This document shows, in pieces, positions 8,537 to 22,661 of a stretch of DNA of 64,000 nucleotides (positions within the stretch are counted from its first letter, which is position 1; each line of letters opens with the position of its first letter). The stretch covers positions 83,454,001-83,518,000 of the forward strand of contig NC_058368.1 in assembly GCF_018350175.1 (NCBI RefSeq), in the 5' to 3' direction. This DNA comes from Felis catus. Taxonomy: Eukaryota. The notes under the pieces were generated by a model. The model made no database searches. It saw only the letters and a list, made by a program, of their open reading frames with translations, and was not told the origin of the DNA. The translations under genes and the position numbers were made by a program.

Positions 8537-10488
8537 GAGAGTGATGTCATTAAGATGGCAACACAAGTTATTTCCAAGTCACTTTCTTTCACAAACACAA
8601 CAAACAACTATTCATGGAGAAAATACCACTGAGAGAATCTTAAAACATGGGGGTGAAGTTGAAACACCCCCCTGTACCATAAAGACAGAGAAAACTACAT
8701 TAGAAAGATAAGAGAAGCAGCTACATTCTGACTGCATTGTCCCTCACCCAAGCCAGTGCAGCACTGTACTGAAAGGGCTCTCCTAAATCTATCAGTCACC
8801 CAGTGGGAAAAGAAAGTGCACAGTTGACACCCAGCTCCCCAGTTTTTGAAGTTATTTCTTGAGATCCTTTACCCTGGTCTTGCACCACAGGGATTGTAGG
8901 GAAATTTATGGGGCTTAATTACTGAAAATCTGGTTGTGATGGAGAAGGGTGGGAGAATAACAACAATCAGCACTCAGATACTAGCACAACAACTTCCTAC
9001 CTGCTATGCCCAAGTAAAAGTTCCAACCACAAAGTATGTTCATCTGGAGAGATAAAATGGAGATGCAGTCTAACCAAAGAACTAACTGGATGGGGTTCAT
9101 GTCTGCCTGATTGAGGCCCTGAGACAATAGCCTTTCTAGATCTGGAGGCTTGTCATTCCACATCAAAGGAAGGGAGCTGAGTCATAGCCTGGGAATCTTC
9201 TGAGTGTAACTCCCGGCCCCATATGACAAGAAAGCCTGGCTGTAACACCTTGAAATTGTGTAGCCCAGCAACATTCAAGCAGAGAGTATGGTAGGCAGAG
9301 ATTATTTCCACATAGTAAAGCCAGTGGCACTGTTCAACCAAGGAATTTGGAGAGTGATATGGCTTGAGTCAAGACCATAAACAAAGAGCCTTTGGGGGCT
9401 ATGGGTCAGTTCCCTCACTCTGCCCAGTGAGGGGAGGTAATTCATAGCCTCACCCATTGTTGAGTATAGCTCTACACTCCTCTGGACAGGTAAGCCTGAC
9501 TGGGAACATTTGGAAGGTAACTTGGAACTGGTCTTCCCATTCTGCTCTTGTAGAGGAACTAAATCGAGTACCACTCACCAATCAATTTAGCTCCAGGCTT
9601 CACCCAAACAGAGAGATTGGCTAGAACACCTGGAAAACTGTGTAACTCAAAATACTTGCATACAGAGTATAATAGTCCTAGCTTATTATATTCACCACAA
9701 CTTCAGTTGCCCCATTTGGCCAGGTTATTTAGAGGCATGTGTCAGCTTTATTCAAGACAACAAAGATCCTTGGCAGCCTTGGAGCCAGTTTTCTGCTCTA
9801 CCTGGCTAAGAATCTAATTTTAAGCCCTACTTTTGAAAAGGGCCTTCAGCCCATCTGACCAGATGACTTAAGCAAAGTACATGGAAAGTTGCTTAGCCCA
9901 CCCAATAACCCTGCTTAGAGTGCCAATTGAACTCAAAACACAGTCTATGGCTTTTCACCATCTGTAAGGCAAAACCTTAAGTTCTTTCTGCCAGGAAATT
10001 GAGTCTACCATCTTGACTTACTTGACTTCCCAAACAACCATCCATGTAGGCTCTGGGTTCCATTTGAGTGTTTTGCCAGTTAATCATAGCCCTGACTATT
10101 ATTGAGTGTAGTACCAAGTTCCCAAATCCAGTAATGCTGACCAGAAATGAAGACCAACACTGAACCCATTCTACAGCCTTGCTAGACAGAGATACTACGA
10201 ACAATTCTATCCAACTATTCTCAGCAGCAGCACACAACCACTGATCTAAAAGTTCAGGCAGCAGCCTTTCCCCAAAATAGATCCTGATAGCAAGCCCTAC
10301 TTGCCCAGGAACACTACTAGCAGAATTGTTCAAAACCTGAACGGAGCTAACTGCTGAAAAACTGTCTCTGCCAAAATGAATCTGGAAAATCTGGAAAAGG
10401 AGACTTCTTTCTCACATGTGAAGATAATAACTTAGGAAATCAACTCTAATAAAAAATCAAGAATCGTGAAAAGTCAAGCAACCATTAC

Positions 10489-10523
<35 letters not shown>

Positions 10524-12120
10524 CTAACATATCCCTGTAACAGATTATAAAGAAATGGATATCTCTGAATGGCCGAAGAATTAAACATAATCCTTTTAAA
10601 GTTTAGTAAACCATAAGAACATACACACAACTAAACACAACAGAAACACAGTGCATTAACAAAAGAAGTTCACCAAAAAAGAGAAATCATAAAAAAAGAA
10701 AAATAGAACAGGAAAATACAATCACTGACCTAAAGAATAAAATAATGAACTTCAAAATAATACTTGACCATGTAGAAAAAAGAATCAGTGCCCTAGACAA
10801 CAGGACATTTTAAATTATCCAGTTAGAGGAACAAAAAGAAAAAAAGAATAAAAAAAAAAGTTAAGGAAAGCCTACAGAACTTATGAGACATAGTCAAAAG
10901 AAGCAGTGTCAACATTATGAGAATTCCACAAGGAAAAGAGTAAGAAAAAGGAATATAAAGCATATTTAAAGCAATAAGGATTGAAAATTTCCAAAATATA
11001 GGGACAGAAATGGACATTCAGATCCAATAAGCCCAACTAATTTGAATCCAAAGACGGCAACACCATGACAGAAATGAATAAATGGAAAACAAGAAAACAA
11101 TAGAAAAAATAATGAAACCAACAGACGATTTTTAAATAGATAAAATTGACACGTTTTTAGCTAGATTAAACAAGTACATAAGGGAGATGACCCAAATCTA
11201 CAAAATAATAAATTGAAGCAGACATTACAACTACCACAAAAATGCAAAACATCATAAGAAGCTACCATGTACAGCTACATGCCAACAAACAGGGCAGCCT
11301 AGAGGAAATTGAAATGTACTGGAAACATACAAAATACCAAGGCTGAATCATAAAGAAATAGAAATTTTGAATGGTGAAGTTATTAGTAAAAGGAGATTGA
11401 ATGTGTGATAAAAAAAATTCTAATGAAAAAATTCCAGAACCAGATTGTTTCAATAGGTGAATTTTATTAAACATTTAAAGAAGACTCCATGCCAATCCTT
11501 ATAAAACTTTTCCAAAAAATTGAAGAAGGAATACTCCCAAACTTATTTTGTGAGGCTAGTATTACCCTGATATCAAAGTCAGAAAAGAATATTACAAGAA
11601 AACTACAATACAATACAGAAAAATATTTAAAAAACTCATTAAAAAATCATTCACCATGACCAAGTGGGATTCATAACTAGTATTCAAGAATATTGCAGCA
11701 TATGCAAATCAGTAAGTGTGGCACATCACATTTATAGAATGAAAAAAATCACATGATCATTTCAATAGAATAAAAAAGTATAGGACAAAATTCATCGTCC
11801 TTTCATAATAAAAACTCTCAATGAGGTAGGTTTAGAAGAAACATACTTCAACATAATAATGGCAATATATGACAAACCCAAAGCTAACATCATACTAAAT
11901 GGTGAAAGACTGAAAGTTTTTTCTCTAATGAGGAAGAAGGCAAAGATGTCCCCTTTCTTTATTATTTATTATAGTACTGGAGTCCTACACAGTGCATTCA
12001 GTAAAAAGATATAAAAGATATCACAATTGGAAAGGAAGAAGCAAAATGATCTCTTTGCAGATATCATGAGTTTACATACAAAAAACCAGTAAGTCTCCAT
12101 AGAAAACTGTTAAATCTAAT
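8537..12120 (+). mobile_element. Old L1 with long 5' UTR, ORF1 remnant and internally deleted ORF2
   Basis: Starts with L1 5'-like gtgatgtcattaagatggc; ORF1-like sequence at about 10430-11040; ORF2 RT-like sequence at about 11070-12120. Confidence 0.65.
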
Positions 12121-14180
12121 CAATGTGGTGAGGATGCAGAGAAAGGGGAACACTTTTGCACGGTTGGTGGGAATGCAAACTGGTGTAGCCACTCTGGAGA
12201 ACAGTTTGGAGGTTCCTCAAATAAAAATAGAACTACCCTATGTCCCAGCAATTGTGCTACTATGTATTTATTCAAAGGATGTGAAAATGCTGATTCATAG
12301 GGGCATGTGTACCGCAATGTTTATACCAGCGGTATTAACAATAGTCAAATCATGGAAAGAGCCCAAATATCTATCAACTGATTAATGGATAAAGAAGATA
12401 TATAAATACAGATATAGGTGATATATAGATAGATATACATGATATAGATACAGGCATAGATATAAATGTAGATGATATAGATGCAGATATAGATATTGAT
12501 ATAATGAAATACTACTTCACAATCAAAAAGAATGAAATCTTGTATTTGCAACAATGTGGATAGAACTAGGGTGTATTATGCTAAGTAAAATTAGTCTGTC
12601 AGAGAATGACAAATATCATACGATTTCACTCATATGTAGAATTTAAGGAACACAACAGATGATTATGGAAAGGGAAGGGAAAATAAGATAAAAGCAGAGA
12701 GGGAGGCAAACCATAAGAGACTCTTAAATACAGAGAAAAAACTGAGGGTTGCTGGAGGGGAGGCGGTTGGGGGGATGTGCTAAATTGGTGATGGGTATTA
12801 AGGAGGACACTCATTAGGATGAACACTGGGGGTTGAATGTAAATAATGGATCAGTTTTCTACTCCTGAAACCGATACTACACTGTACATTAACGAACTTT
12901 AATTAGAAAGAAGAACTACCACATGATCCAATAATCACATTTCTGGGTATTTACTCAAAGAACACTAAAACTCTAATTCTAAAGGATATATGCAGCCTTA
13001 TGTTTATTGAAGCATTATTTACAATAGCCAAATTGTGGGAGCAGCTTAAGTGCCCATTGATAGATGAATGAATAACAAAAATGTGGTATATATTTATACA
13101 ATGGAATATAATTCAGCCATAAAAAGAATTAAAATCTTGAAATCTGCAACAGCATGTGTGGATCTAAACAGTATAATGCTAAGCAAAATAAGTCAGTCAG
13201 GGAAAGACAGATACCATACTGTTTTCCTCACATGTGGAATTTAAAAACACATGCTAAATGGGTAAGGGCACTAAGGAATCTACCCCTAAAATCATTGTTG
13301 CACTATATTCTAGCTAATTTGGATGTAAATTTTAAAAAATAAAAAAATAAAATTAAAACAAAAAACAAAGAGGCAAACCAAAAAACAGACACTTAACTTT
13401 TGAGAACTAATACATGGTTACCTAATAGATGGGGAGATTCTGGGAGTTGAGGTGAAACTGGTAAAGGGGGTTAAGAGTACACTTATCTCAATGAGCAATG
13501 AGTAATATATGGAATTGCTGAATTACTATATTGCACACCTGAAATGAATATAGCACTGTATGGTAACTAAACGGAAATAAAATTTTAAACAACAAAAAAA
13601 GAAAAATGATTAACAAAATGAAAAGGCAACTAACGGTATGGGAAAGACTATTTGCAAATCATTTTTCTGACAAGGCTTAATATACAAAATATATAAATAA
13701 AGCATAAAATGTAATAGTATGAAACATAATATAAAAAAATGAACAGACGTGAATAGTTTTTTTTTCTTTTCTTAGAAAGGTATATGAATGGGCAACAGGT
13801 ACATGAAAAAGTGCTCAACATCACTAATCATTACGGAAATAAAATGAAAATCAACCCACAATGAGATATCACCTTGCACCCCTAGAATAGCTATTATCAA
13901 AAAGATAATAGATTAAAAAAAGAAAACCTACGGGCAAGGATGTGCAGAAAAGAGAACCGTATTCACTTTTCATGAGATTGCAAATTGATATTGCGACTAC
14001 GGAAAACAATAAATTGAAAATAGCACTACCATGTAATCTGGCAATCCCACTTCTGGTAATATATTCAAAGGAAATACACTATGTCAAAGAAATACCTGTA
14101 CCCCTATGTTTATAGCAGGATTATTTACAATAGTCAAAACAGGGAAATAACCAAAGTTCCCATAACAGAAATAGATAAAT
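12121..14180 (+). mobile_element. Stacked 5'-truncated L1 3' ends
   Basis: Repeated ORF2 C-terminus/3' UTR signatures starting at about 12125, 12910, 13255 and 13600. Confidence 0.7.
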
Positions 14181-17100
14181 AGGGAACTGACACACAATAG
14201 AAAATATCAACAAAATTAAACGTTCTCTTTTTATTTTTTTTTTCAACGTTTATTTATTTTTCGGACAGAGAGAGACAGAGCATGAATGGGGGAGGGGCAG
14301 AGAGAGAGGGAGACACAGAATCGGAAACAGGCTCCAGGCTCTGAGCCATCAGCCCAGAGCCCGACACGGGGCTCGAACTCACTGACCGCGAGATTGTGAC
14401 CTGGCTGAAGTCGGACGCTTAACTGACTGCGCCACCCAGGTGCCCCGAAATGTTCTCTTTTTAAAAGTGGCATACAAACTGGAAAATTTAAATAAGAAAA
14501 ACTAAGAAAACAGAGGGAAGTCTGAAATAATAAAATCAGAAACAAAAGAGAAACAATTACAACTGATACTTCAAAATAAATAGGATAAAGAGACTACCAT
14601 AAACAGTTATTTGCCAATAATTAAAAAATCTAGAAGAAATGGATAAGTTCAAAGAATCAAACAACCTCTCAAGACTAAGCCAGAAATAAATATAAATTAT
14701 GAACAGAAAAATATCAAGGAGATTAGTTAAATCATTAAAAAAAAAAAAAACAAAACACAGATACACCCGGAGTAGTTGGCTTCACTGGTAAATTACATAA
14801 AACATTTAAAGAAGAATTAATGTCAATCTTTCTCAAATAAATACATGCCCCACAAATTGAAAAAAGAAGGAACACTGCCAAATTTATTCTGCTTCACCAG
14901 CATAACCCTAATACCAAATTTGGATGAACATACTATAGACAACATAGGCTGATATCCCTAATGAACATAGATGCAAAAATTCTCTACAAAATACTATGAA
15001 ACATAATTCAAGAATTTATTAAAATGATATACATTGTAATCAAATGGCGCTTATGCCTGTGCTGCAATAATTGTTCAAAACATCCATATAAGTAAATGTG
15101 ATAGGCCACATTATTAAATCAAATATAAAAGTAATATAATCATCTCAATGGATACAAAGAAACACAACGTTTGACAAAAACATCATTGCATGATAAAAAT
15201 CCCTGATAGATTGAGCATAAAAGGAACATACCACAAAATAATAAAGGGGATACATTACAAACCCCTGCTAACAATATACTTCATGGAGAAGATATAAAAG
15301 ATTAGAAACGAGAGCAGTGTATCCACTTTGACTACTCTTATTAAACGTTGTAGTGGAAGACAGCTAGAGCTATCAGTCAAAGCAATCAATCAATCAATCA
15401 ATCAATATTGGAAGGGACAAAGTAAATTTTCACTATTTAGTGATACTATAATCTTCATATTGAAAATAAAAGATTCACTAAAACAATTGGACATAATTAA
15501 CATATTCAGTAAGTTTTCAGGATATAAAATCAATACAAGGAATCAATTGCATTACTATAACTAACAAAACATATGGAAACAAAAATTTTACAGTTCCCAT
15601 TCACAGTTGCACCAAATTAAAATAAAATACCAAGAAATGTATTTAACCAAGGAAATGAATTTTATGTCTGATGAAAACTAGAAGACTTTGCTAAAAGGCA
15701 TTGAAGAAGACACCATGTGTTCGTGGAATAGGAAAGGTAATATTGCTAAAATGTCCATGCTACATAAACCCACCTATAGATTCAACAAAATTCCTATGAA
15801 AATCATAATTGCATAGAAAAAAACAATGTCAAAATTATATGGAACTACAAAACACCCTGAATAGCAGAAGCAATCATGAATAAGAATAGTAAAACTGGAG
15901 GCATCACACTTTCTTATTTCAAAATATATTACAAATCTGTAGTAATTTAAGTAGTATGGCACTGTCATAAAATAAACACACAGACCAAGGGAACATAATA
16001 GAGAGCCCAGAATTAAACCCCACAAATAATTTTTTAATTAGTATTGTACAAGTGGCCAAGAATATTCAATGGGAAAAATATAGTCTCTCTAACATATGGT
16101 GTTGGGAAAAGTGGATAACCATTTACAGAAAAATAAAATTGGACCTATATCTTATACCACTCACAAAAATTACTTGAAAATTATGAAAGACTTAAACATA
16201 AGGCCTGAAATTGTAGAACGTCTGGAAGAAGAAATAAGGAAGAAGATCCTTGGCCTTTGTCTTGGCAATGACCTTTTTAAAATATAAAACCTAAAGCAAA
16301 ACAACCACAATAATAAATTAACAAGTGGGATTCCATCAAACATAAAGCTTCTATACTATAAAATAAATGATCAACAACAACAAAAAAAGGCAATCTAAAA
16401 CATGGGAGAAAATATTTACAAAATATATATTAGATAATGGTCTAATATCCAAAATTAATAAAGATGTCATACAACTTAATAACAACCCTCCCCCAATCTG
16501 ATTAAGAATGGGGAGAGGAATTAAATAGAAATTTTTGTTTTTCAAAGAAAGTATCCAAATGGCCCTCAGGTTCATGAAAAGACACTCAACATCACTAGTC
16601 ATCACCAAAATGCAAATCAAAACAACTGCGCTATTGGTGGGATTGTATCTAGTTCCCATTTACCATACAATTCAGTAACCCCACTTCTGGGTATATATAC
16701 GAAGTTAATGAAAACAGGTTATCAAAGAGATAGATGTACTCCCATGTTTATTGCATCATTATTCCCAATAACCAAAGTGAAAACATCCTAAATTTCAGCC
16801 AACAGATGAATGGGTGAAGAGGATGTGGCATATGTAATTAATGGAATACTATTCAGATATCACAATAAAGGAAATCCTGCCATTTGCAACAACATGAATG
16901 ACTTTAAGAACATTATACTAATGAGATAAGGCTGCTACAGAAAGACAGATATTGTAAGATATCTGTCACATGTTGAAAGACCAAAAACAAGACAAAACAA
17001 AATAAACAACAAAACAACAACAACAAAAGGAAGAAATAGAATGGAACGATGATTATCAGAGGCTATGTGTGGTGGTGGAGGGGTAGAGAATATAAGAGAT

Positions 17101-17400
17101 CCTTAAGGGTATTAACTTGCAAGTAGTAAATAAATAAATTTTGGATATTTAATACATGGCACAGTGATTATAAATAACAGACTATATTATAAATTTTGAA
17201 CTTAAGAGAATAGATATTGTTTCCACTACTAGAAGAAATAGCGATGTGATGCCACAGGGGTGTTAGCTAATTTTATAACGGGAATATCACAATGTAAATG
17301 CATCAAATCAATACATGGTTCCGTTTAAGCTGCACAATGTCATATGCCAATTATATTTCAAAACAAAAATGAAACAATCACATTTACTATACCATTGAAA
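14181..17400 (+). mobile_element. Old L1 ORF2 and 3' UTR, degraded
   Basis: ORF2-like text: gatatccctaatgaacatagatgcaaaaattctc and ggaggcatcacactt; 3' UTR features. Confidence 0.8.
14232..14446 (-). mobile_element. Young Can-SINE
   Basis: CpG-rich consensus-like copy; TSD aaa(c/t)gttctctttt. Confidence 0.95.
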
Positions 17401-17470
17401 AATAAATAAATTATAAATAAATCTAACCAAGGACTTGAAAGATGTACATACTTCAAAACGATAAGACATC

Positions 17471-17585
17471 GGGATGTCTTGCTGGTTCAGTCTATAGAGC
17501 ATGGAACTCTTTCTTGATCTTAGAGTTGTAATTTCAAGCCCCACATTGGGTGTAGAGATTACTTAAAAATAAAATCTGAAAAAAA
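17471..17585 (+). mobile_element. Short tRNA-derived carnivore SINE
   Basis: tRNA-like head plus gtagagattacttaaaaataaa; degenerate TSD aaaac.ataa.acat. Confidence 0.75.
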
Positions 17586-17589
17586 AACT

Positions 17590-17880
17590 ATAATACATTG
17601 ATGAAAGAAAGTGAAGAGGCAACTAAATGGAAAGATACCCATGTTCATGAGTTAGATGAGTTAATGGTTTTTAAATGTCCACGCTTGGGCTCTTTCCATA
17701 ATTTAGCTATCATTGATAATATTGCTATAAATATCAGCATGCCTGTATCCCCTTGAATTAGTATGTTTTGCATTCTTTGGGTAAATACCTAGTAATACAA
17801 TTGCTGAACTGTACAGTAGTTCTATTTTTAACTTTTTGAGAAACCTCCAATATGTTTGTACTCATACAACTCAATAGTAA

Positions 17881-17917
<37 letters not shown>

Positions 17918-19151
17918 TTGGGCAAAGATGTGCATAGACATTTTTTCCACAGAAGAAATACAAGTGACCAACAGATAAATGAAAAAGTACTCAGCCTTAT
18001 TTATAAGGTGACTTTTATCAAAAAATCAACAGATAAATGTTGACAAGGTTGTTGAGAAAAGGATACCCATGTGTGTTGGAATGTAAATTGGTAACCATTA
18101 TGGAAAATGGTATGAAATTTCCTCAAAAAATAGAACTACCACATGAATCAGTAATCCCTCTTCTGGGTATACATCCAAAGAAATCCAAAGCATTGTCTTG
18201 AAGAAATATTTGCATGTCCATGTTCGTTACATCATTATTCACAATAGCCAAGTTAGGTAAACAACCTATGAATTTTTCTATACATTAATGGATAAAATAG
18301 ATGTTACATATATATAATGTATAGATATTATATATAGTAGATATTTTATGTACATATGACTATAGAATATATATGAACCATAAGTGTGGAGTTATTTCTA
18401 GACAATGTATTGTATGCCCTGGGAAAGTTAATGGGGGTAATTTCTGAAACGTCAGCGATGTTCTAGTCTCAAGGCTGTCAAACCTGATAACATGGGAACA
18501 GAGACCCATGAACTCCTAGTAGCCAGTTAGGTAACAGACCCACTATAATTGTCTAGCAGACCTTGAAATTGCACATACTTCCTGTGTGGTTTCATGTAAA
18601 CACCAGATGTGTGTTTGGTTTGTGTCTGGTGGCTCTTTCTGTTTTCCTCCCACGCTTTAGCCTTCTTTGATGTTTATATCTGGTGAACATGAAATAAACA
18701 ACTATGTGTGTTGCTGCTGCTTCTGCTGTTTCATTGGCAGAGGCAGCCCTGCATGTCTGCTCAGTCTAAGTGTCTGAGAACTTTTTCTTCAGTGTGCAGC
18801 TACACGTAAGAATAATGGAAATTTTACCATTTCCAGAAACATGGATGAACCTAAAAGGATTTTATGTTGATTTACATTAGCCAGATGGAAAAAGACAAAT
18901 AGTATGTGATTTCACTTTTATGTGAAATCTAAATAATTGTTCAACTCAGAAACAGTAGAAGGACAGTTATCAGTCACTGAAAGTGGGGTGGAGGAGATGG
19001 GCAGACGCTGGTCAAAGGGTACAAGTCTTCATTATAAGATGAACAAGCTCTGAGTTCTAATGTAAAGACTGGTGACTTTAAATAATAAAAGTTGTGCAAT
19101 TAAAACTTGTTAAACATGTAGACCTTATGTATTTTCATCATACACACACGT

Positions 19152-19183
<32 letters not shown>

Positions 19184-19245
19184 CCATACATAGCAGTTGT
19201 GAGATGATGGATTAACATGATTGTAATAATTATTTTGCAAAGTAA
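17590..19245 (+). mobile_element. Old L1 fragments (with a minus-strand piece at about 17690-17850), hosting a solo LTR
   Basis: ORF2 C-terminus and 3' UTR signatures. Confidence 0.6.
18385..18804 (+). mobile_element. Solo LTR (420 bp, 6-bp TSD)
   Basis: TG...CA termini; flanks cataag (18379-18384) and cgtaag (18805-18810); AATAAA at about 18693; interrupts an L1 3' region. Confidence 0.75.
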
Positions 19246-19250
19246 ACATA

Positions 19251-19860
19251 TTTTATTGTGTCATTAGCTATCTGTATGTCTTCTGTGGAAAACTGTCCAT
19301 TCATGTCTTATGCCCATTGTTAATTGGATTATTCACTGTATGGCTGTTGAGTTTTATAAATTCTTTGTATAATTTGGATACTAATCTTTATCAGATATGT
19401 CATTTGTAAATGTCTTCTCTCATTCCATAGGTCATGATTTAGTTTTATGATTGCTTCCTTCACTGCGCGGAAGATTTTTCTTTTGGTGAAGTCCTAATAG
19501 TTCATTTTTGCTTTTGTTTCCCTTGCCTCAAGAGACATATCTAGAAAGAAGTTGCTATGACCAATGTCAAAGATATTACTGCCTGTATTCTCCTCTAAGA
19601 TTTTAGTGATTTCCTGTCTCAAATTTAGGTCTTTAATTCATTTTGGAATAGACTTAACTATAGAGAACAAACTGAGGGCTACTCGAAGTGGGAGGTAGGA
19701 AGGGGGATGGGTTAAATAGGTCATGGGTATTAAGGAGGGCACTTTGATGAGCACTGGGTGTTGCATGTAAGTGATGAATCTCTAAATTGTACACCTAAAA
19801 CTAATATAACACTGTTTGTTATCTAATTGGAATTTAAATAAAAATTTGGAGGGAGAAAAT
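19251..19860. mobile_element. Probable 5'-inverted L1 (minus ORF2 piece 19251-19647, plus 3' UTR 19648-19850)
   Basis: Strand switch near 19647; flanking direct repeat gtaaacata at 19242-19250 and 19861-19869. Confidence 0.6.
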
Positions 19861-19942
19861 GTAAACATAAGTTAAATCATCACATTTCACAATTTAAATA
19901 AATACAATCTGTCAATTACAGCTTGTTAAAGCTGAAAAATAT

Positions 19943-21190
19943 TTTTTTTCTAACGTTTTATTTTTTTCCTTCCCCTCCCCCATGTGTTCCTGTTAAGTTT
20001 CTCAGGATCCACATAAGAGTGAAAACATATAGTATCTGTCTTTCTCTGTATCACTTATTTCACTTAGCATAACACTCTCCAGTTCCATCCATGTTGCCAC
20101 AAAAGGCCATATTTCATTCTTTCTCATTGTCACATAGTATTCCGTTGTGTATATAAACCACAATTTCTTCATGAGTTGATGGACATTTAGGTTCTTTGCA
20201 TAATTTGGCTATTGTTGAAAGTGCTGCTATAAACATTGGGGTACAAGTGCCCTTATGCATCAGCACTCCTGTATCCCTTGGGGAAATTCCTAGCAGTGCT
20301 ATTGCTGGGTCACAGGGTAGATCTATTTTTAATTTTTGGAGGAACCTCCATACTGTTTTCCAGAGCGGCTGCACCAGTTTGCATTCCCACCAACAGTGCA
20401 AGAGGGTCCCCATTTCTCCACATCCTCACCAGCATCTAGAGTCTCCTGATTTGTTCATTTTAGCCACTCTGGCTGGTGTGAGGGTATCTGAGTGTTGTTT
20501 TGATTTGTATTTCCCTGATGAGGAGCAACGTTGAGCATCTTTACATGTGCCTGTTGGCCATCTGGATGTCTTCTTTAGAGAAGTGTCTATTCATGTCTTC
20601 TGCCCATTTCTTCACTGGATTGTTTGTTTTTCGGGTGTGGAGTTTAGTGAGTTCTTTATAGATTTTGGATACTAGCCCTTTGTCTGAAATGTCATTTGCA
20701 AATATCTTTTCTCATTCCGTTGGTTGCCTTTCAGTTTTGTTGATTGTTTCCTTTGAAGTGCAGAAGTTTTTATCTCCATGAGGTCCCAATAGTTCATTTT
20801 TGCTTTTAATTCCCTTGCCTTTGGAGATGTGTCAAGTAAGAAATTGCTCTGGCTGAGGTCTGAGAGGTTTTTTCCTGCTTTCTCCTCTAGGGTTTTTGAT
20901 GGTTTCCTGTCTCACATCCAGGTCCTTCATCCATTTTGAGTTTATTTTTGTGAATGGTGTAAGAAAGTGGTCTAGTTCCAATCTTCTGCATGTTGCTGTC
21001 CAGTTCTCCCAGCACCATTTGTACAAAGCTGTAATCATCAAGACAGCGTGGTATTGGCATAAAAACAGAGACATAGACCAATGGAATAGAATAGAGACTC
21101 CAGAATTGGACCCACAAAAGTATGGCCAACTAATCTTTGACAAAGCAGGAAAGAATATCCAATGGAAAAAAGACAGCCTCTTTAACAAAT
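19943..21190 (-). mobile_element. Young 5'-inverted L1 (minus 3' part to about 21020, inverted plus part 21021-21190)
   Basis: The inverted piece ends ...KDSLFNK and the minus piece starts KWCWENW, which are contiguous in ORF2. Confidence 0.85.
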
Positions 21191-22044
21191 TAAAAAGGAT
21201 TTTTAACATATATTTGTGAAATCTGTAAGTAAAATCTTTAAAGGGTCAACATAAAAAGTGTGGAAAAATAGCACAGAAAAATAAAAGACAAAGTATGTAC
21301 TATTTACTGTAAAAGAAAGAAAAACTTGTGAAATTAAAAATTTTACCCTTCTCTGAAATTCACCATATTTGTTATTTTAGTTATTATATTTACATTAAGA
21401 TATTTTAGAATATTTTATACATAATTATTTTAATCATATACTTATAATGGTGTTTCTATCAACTGATTCCCCAGATTTAATTGTGAATGGGTTGCTCTGC
21501 CAAGGAAATTATTTTATTAATATTAATATTAATAATTAATGTAAAAGCAAGAAATTCTTGTAAATATTTTTTTGGTGACTGGTTCTCATCCATACCTCCA
21601 CTTCTATCTCACCTCTAAATCTTCTTGGTTGTATAATTATATCCTTGTTTTCAGGATTTGTGATATCTTTATTCCATTATTTTGTCATACTTAAAAATTA
21701 CCAAAGAATGTATTTTAGAATTACAAAATTTAAAAAAGTATATTGGAGTTAGTCATATCTGAGTACTTATCATCATCATTGTGAAGTTTGGCAAAATTCA
21801 TTAAATTCCCTGACTATGGATTCCATATCTGACATTGTGTTTTTTTTCTGAGAATTAATGGAATTTATGCATAAAGTGTTTAGTAATATGTCTGGATCAT
21901 AGCTGGTATTCATCAGAAAATAACTCTTTTTATCCTAAGTGTTGCCTTGATCAAGACTTCTTGGAGGAAGCACAATTAAATAGTTATAAAATTATGATCA
22001 TACATTCACCCTAGGTTTTTACTCTCTACATTCTCTGCTAGTTG

Positions 22045-22103
22045 GAATGAGCACTGGGTGTTGTATGGAAACGAATTTAACAATAAATTATACTTTTAAA
22101 AAA
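22045..22103 (+). mobile_element. Very short L1 3'-end insertion
   Basis: atgagcactgggtgttgtatggaaac...aataaa, followed by an A tail. Confidence 0.7.
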
Positions 22104-22447
22104 TCCCTCAGTCAGTTATGCATGGATATTCTTATCCAGGTACTCAAAACTTTTGATTTTTTTAAAATGTTCAGAATATGTAACGTGTAATTTGTAGGTA
22201 AACCAAGCTGATTCTTAGTTTATGTTCAGCACATTGCAATAATATATTCTCTGTAACTCTCTTTTAAAAATATCTAAATACTTTAAAATAATGTGTTGTT
22301 ATAGGTTCTCCAAGTATGTACATATCTATAGTATTGATATCCCATTCTGGTATATGTGCTTAAATTTTTAACATAATTAATAGTAATATTTTGCTCTGTA
22401 AATAGTAGGTGAATGCTGTACTAAAGTTTTACTTCCAGCATCTCATT

Positions 22448-22660
22448 TATTTCCTTTTTTTCCCCTTGGGGCGCCTGGGTGTCTCTGTCAGTTAAGTATG
22501 TGACTTCAGCCTGGGTCATAATCTCACAGTTCGTGGGTTTGAGCCTCACATTGGGCTCTGTGCTGACAGTGTGGAGACTGCTTGGGATTCTCACTCTCTT
22601 TCTCTCTCTGACCACCCTCCAACTCGTGCTTTTTCTTTCTCTCAAAATAAATAAATGAAC
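22448..22660 (+). mobile_element. Can-SINE
   Basis: ggggcgcctgggtg head and aaaataaataaa tail. Confidence 0.9.
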
Positions 22661-22661
22661 T

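Noticed and set aside
12395..12505. Periodic atatagat repeats (also 62360-62520) as an array
   Set aside because: Low-complexity microsatellite decay within L1; no repeat-spacer structure, and CRISPR is not applicable to this genome.
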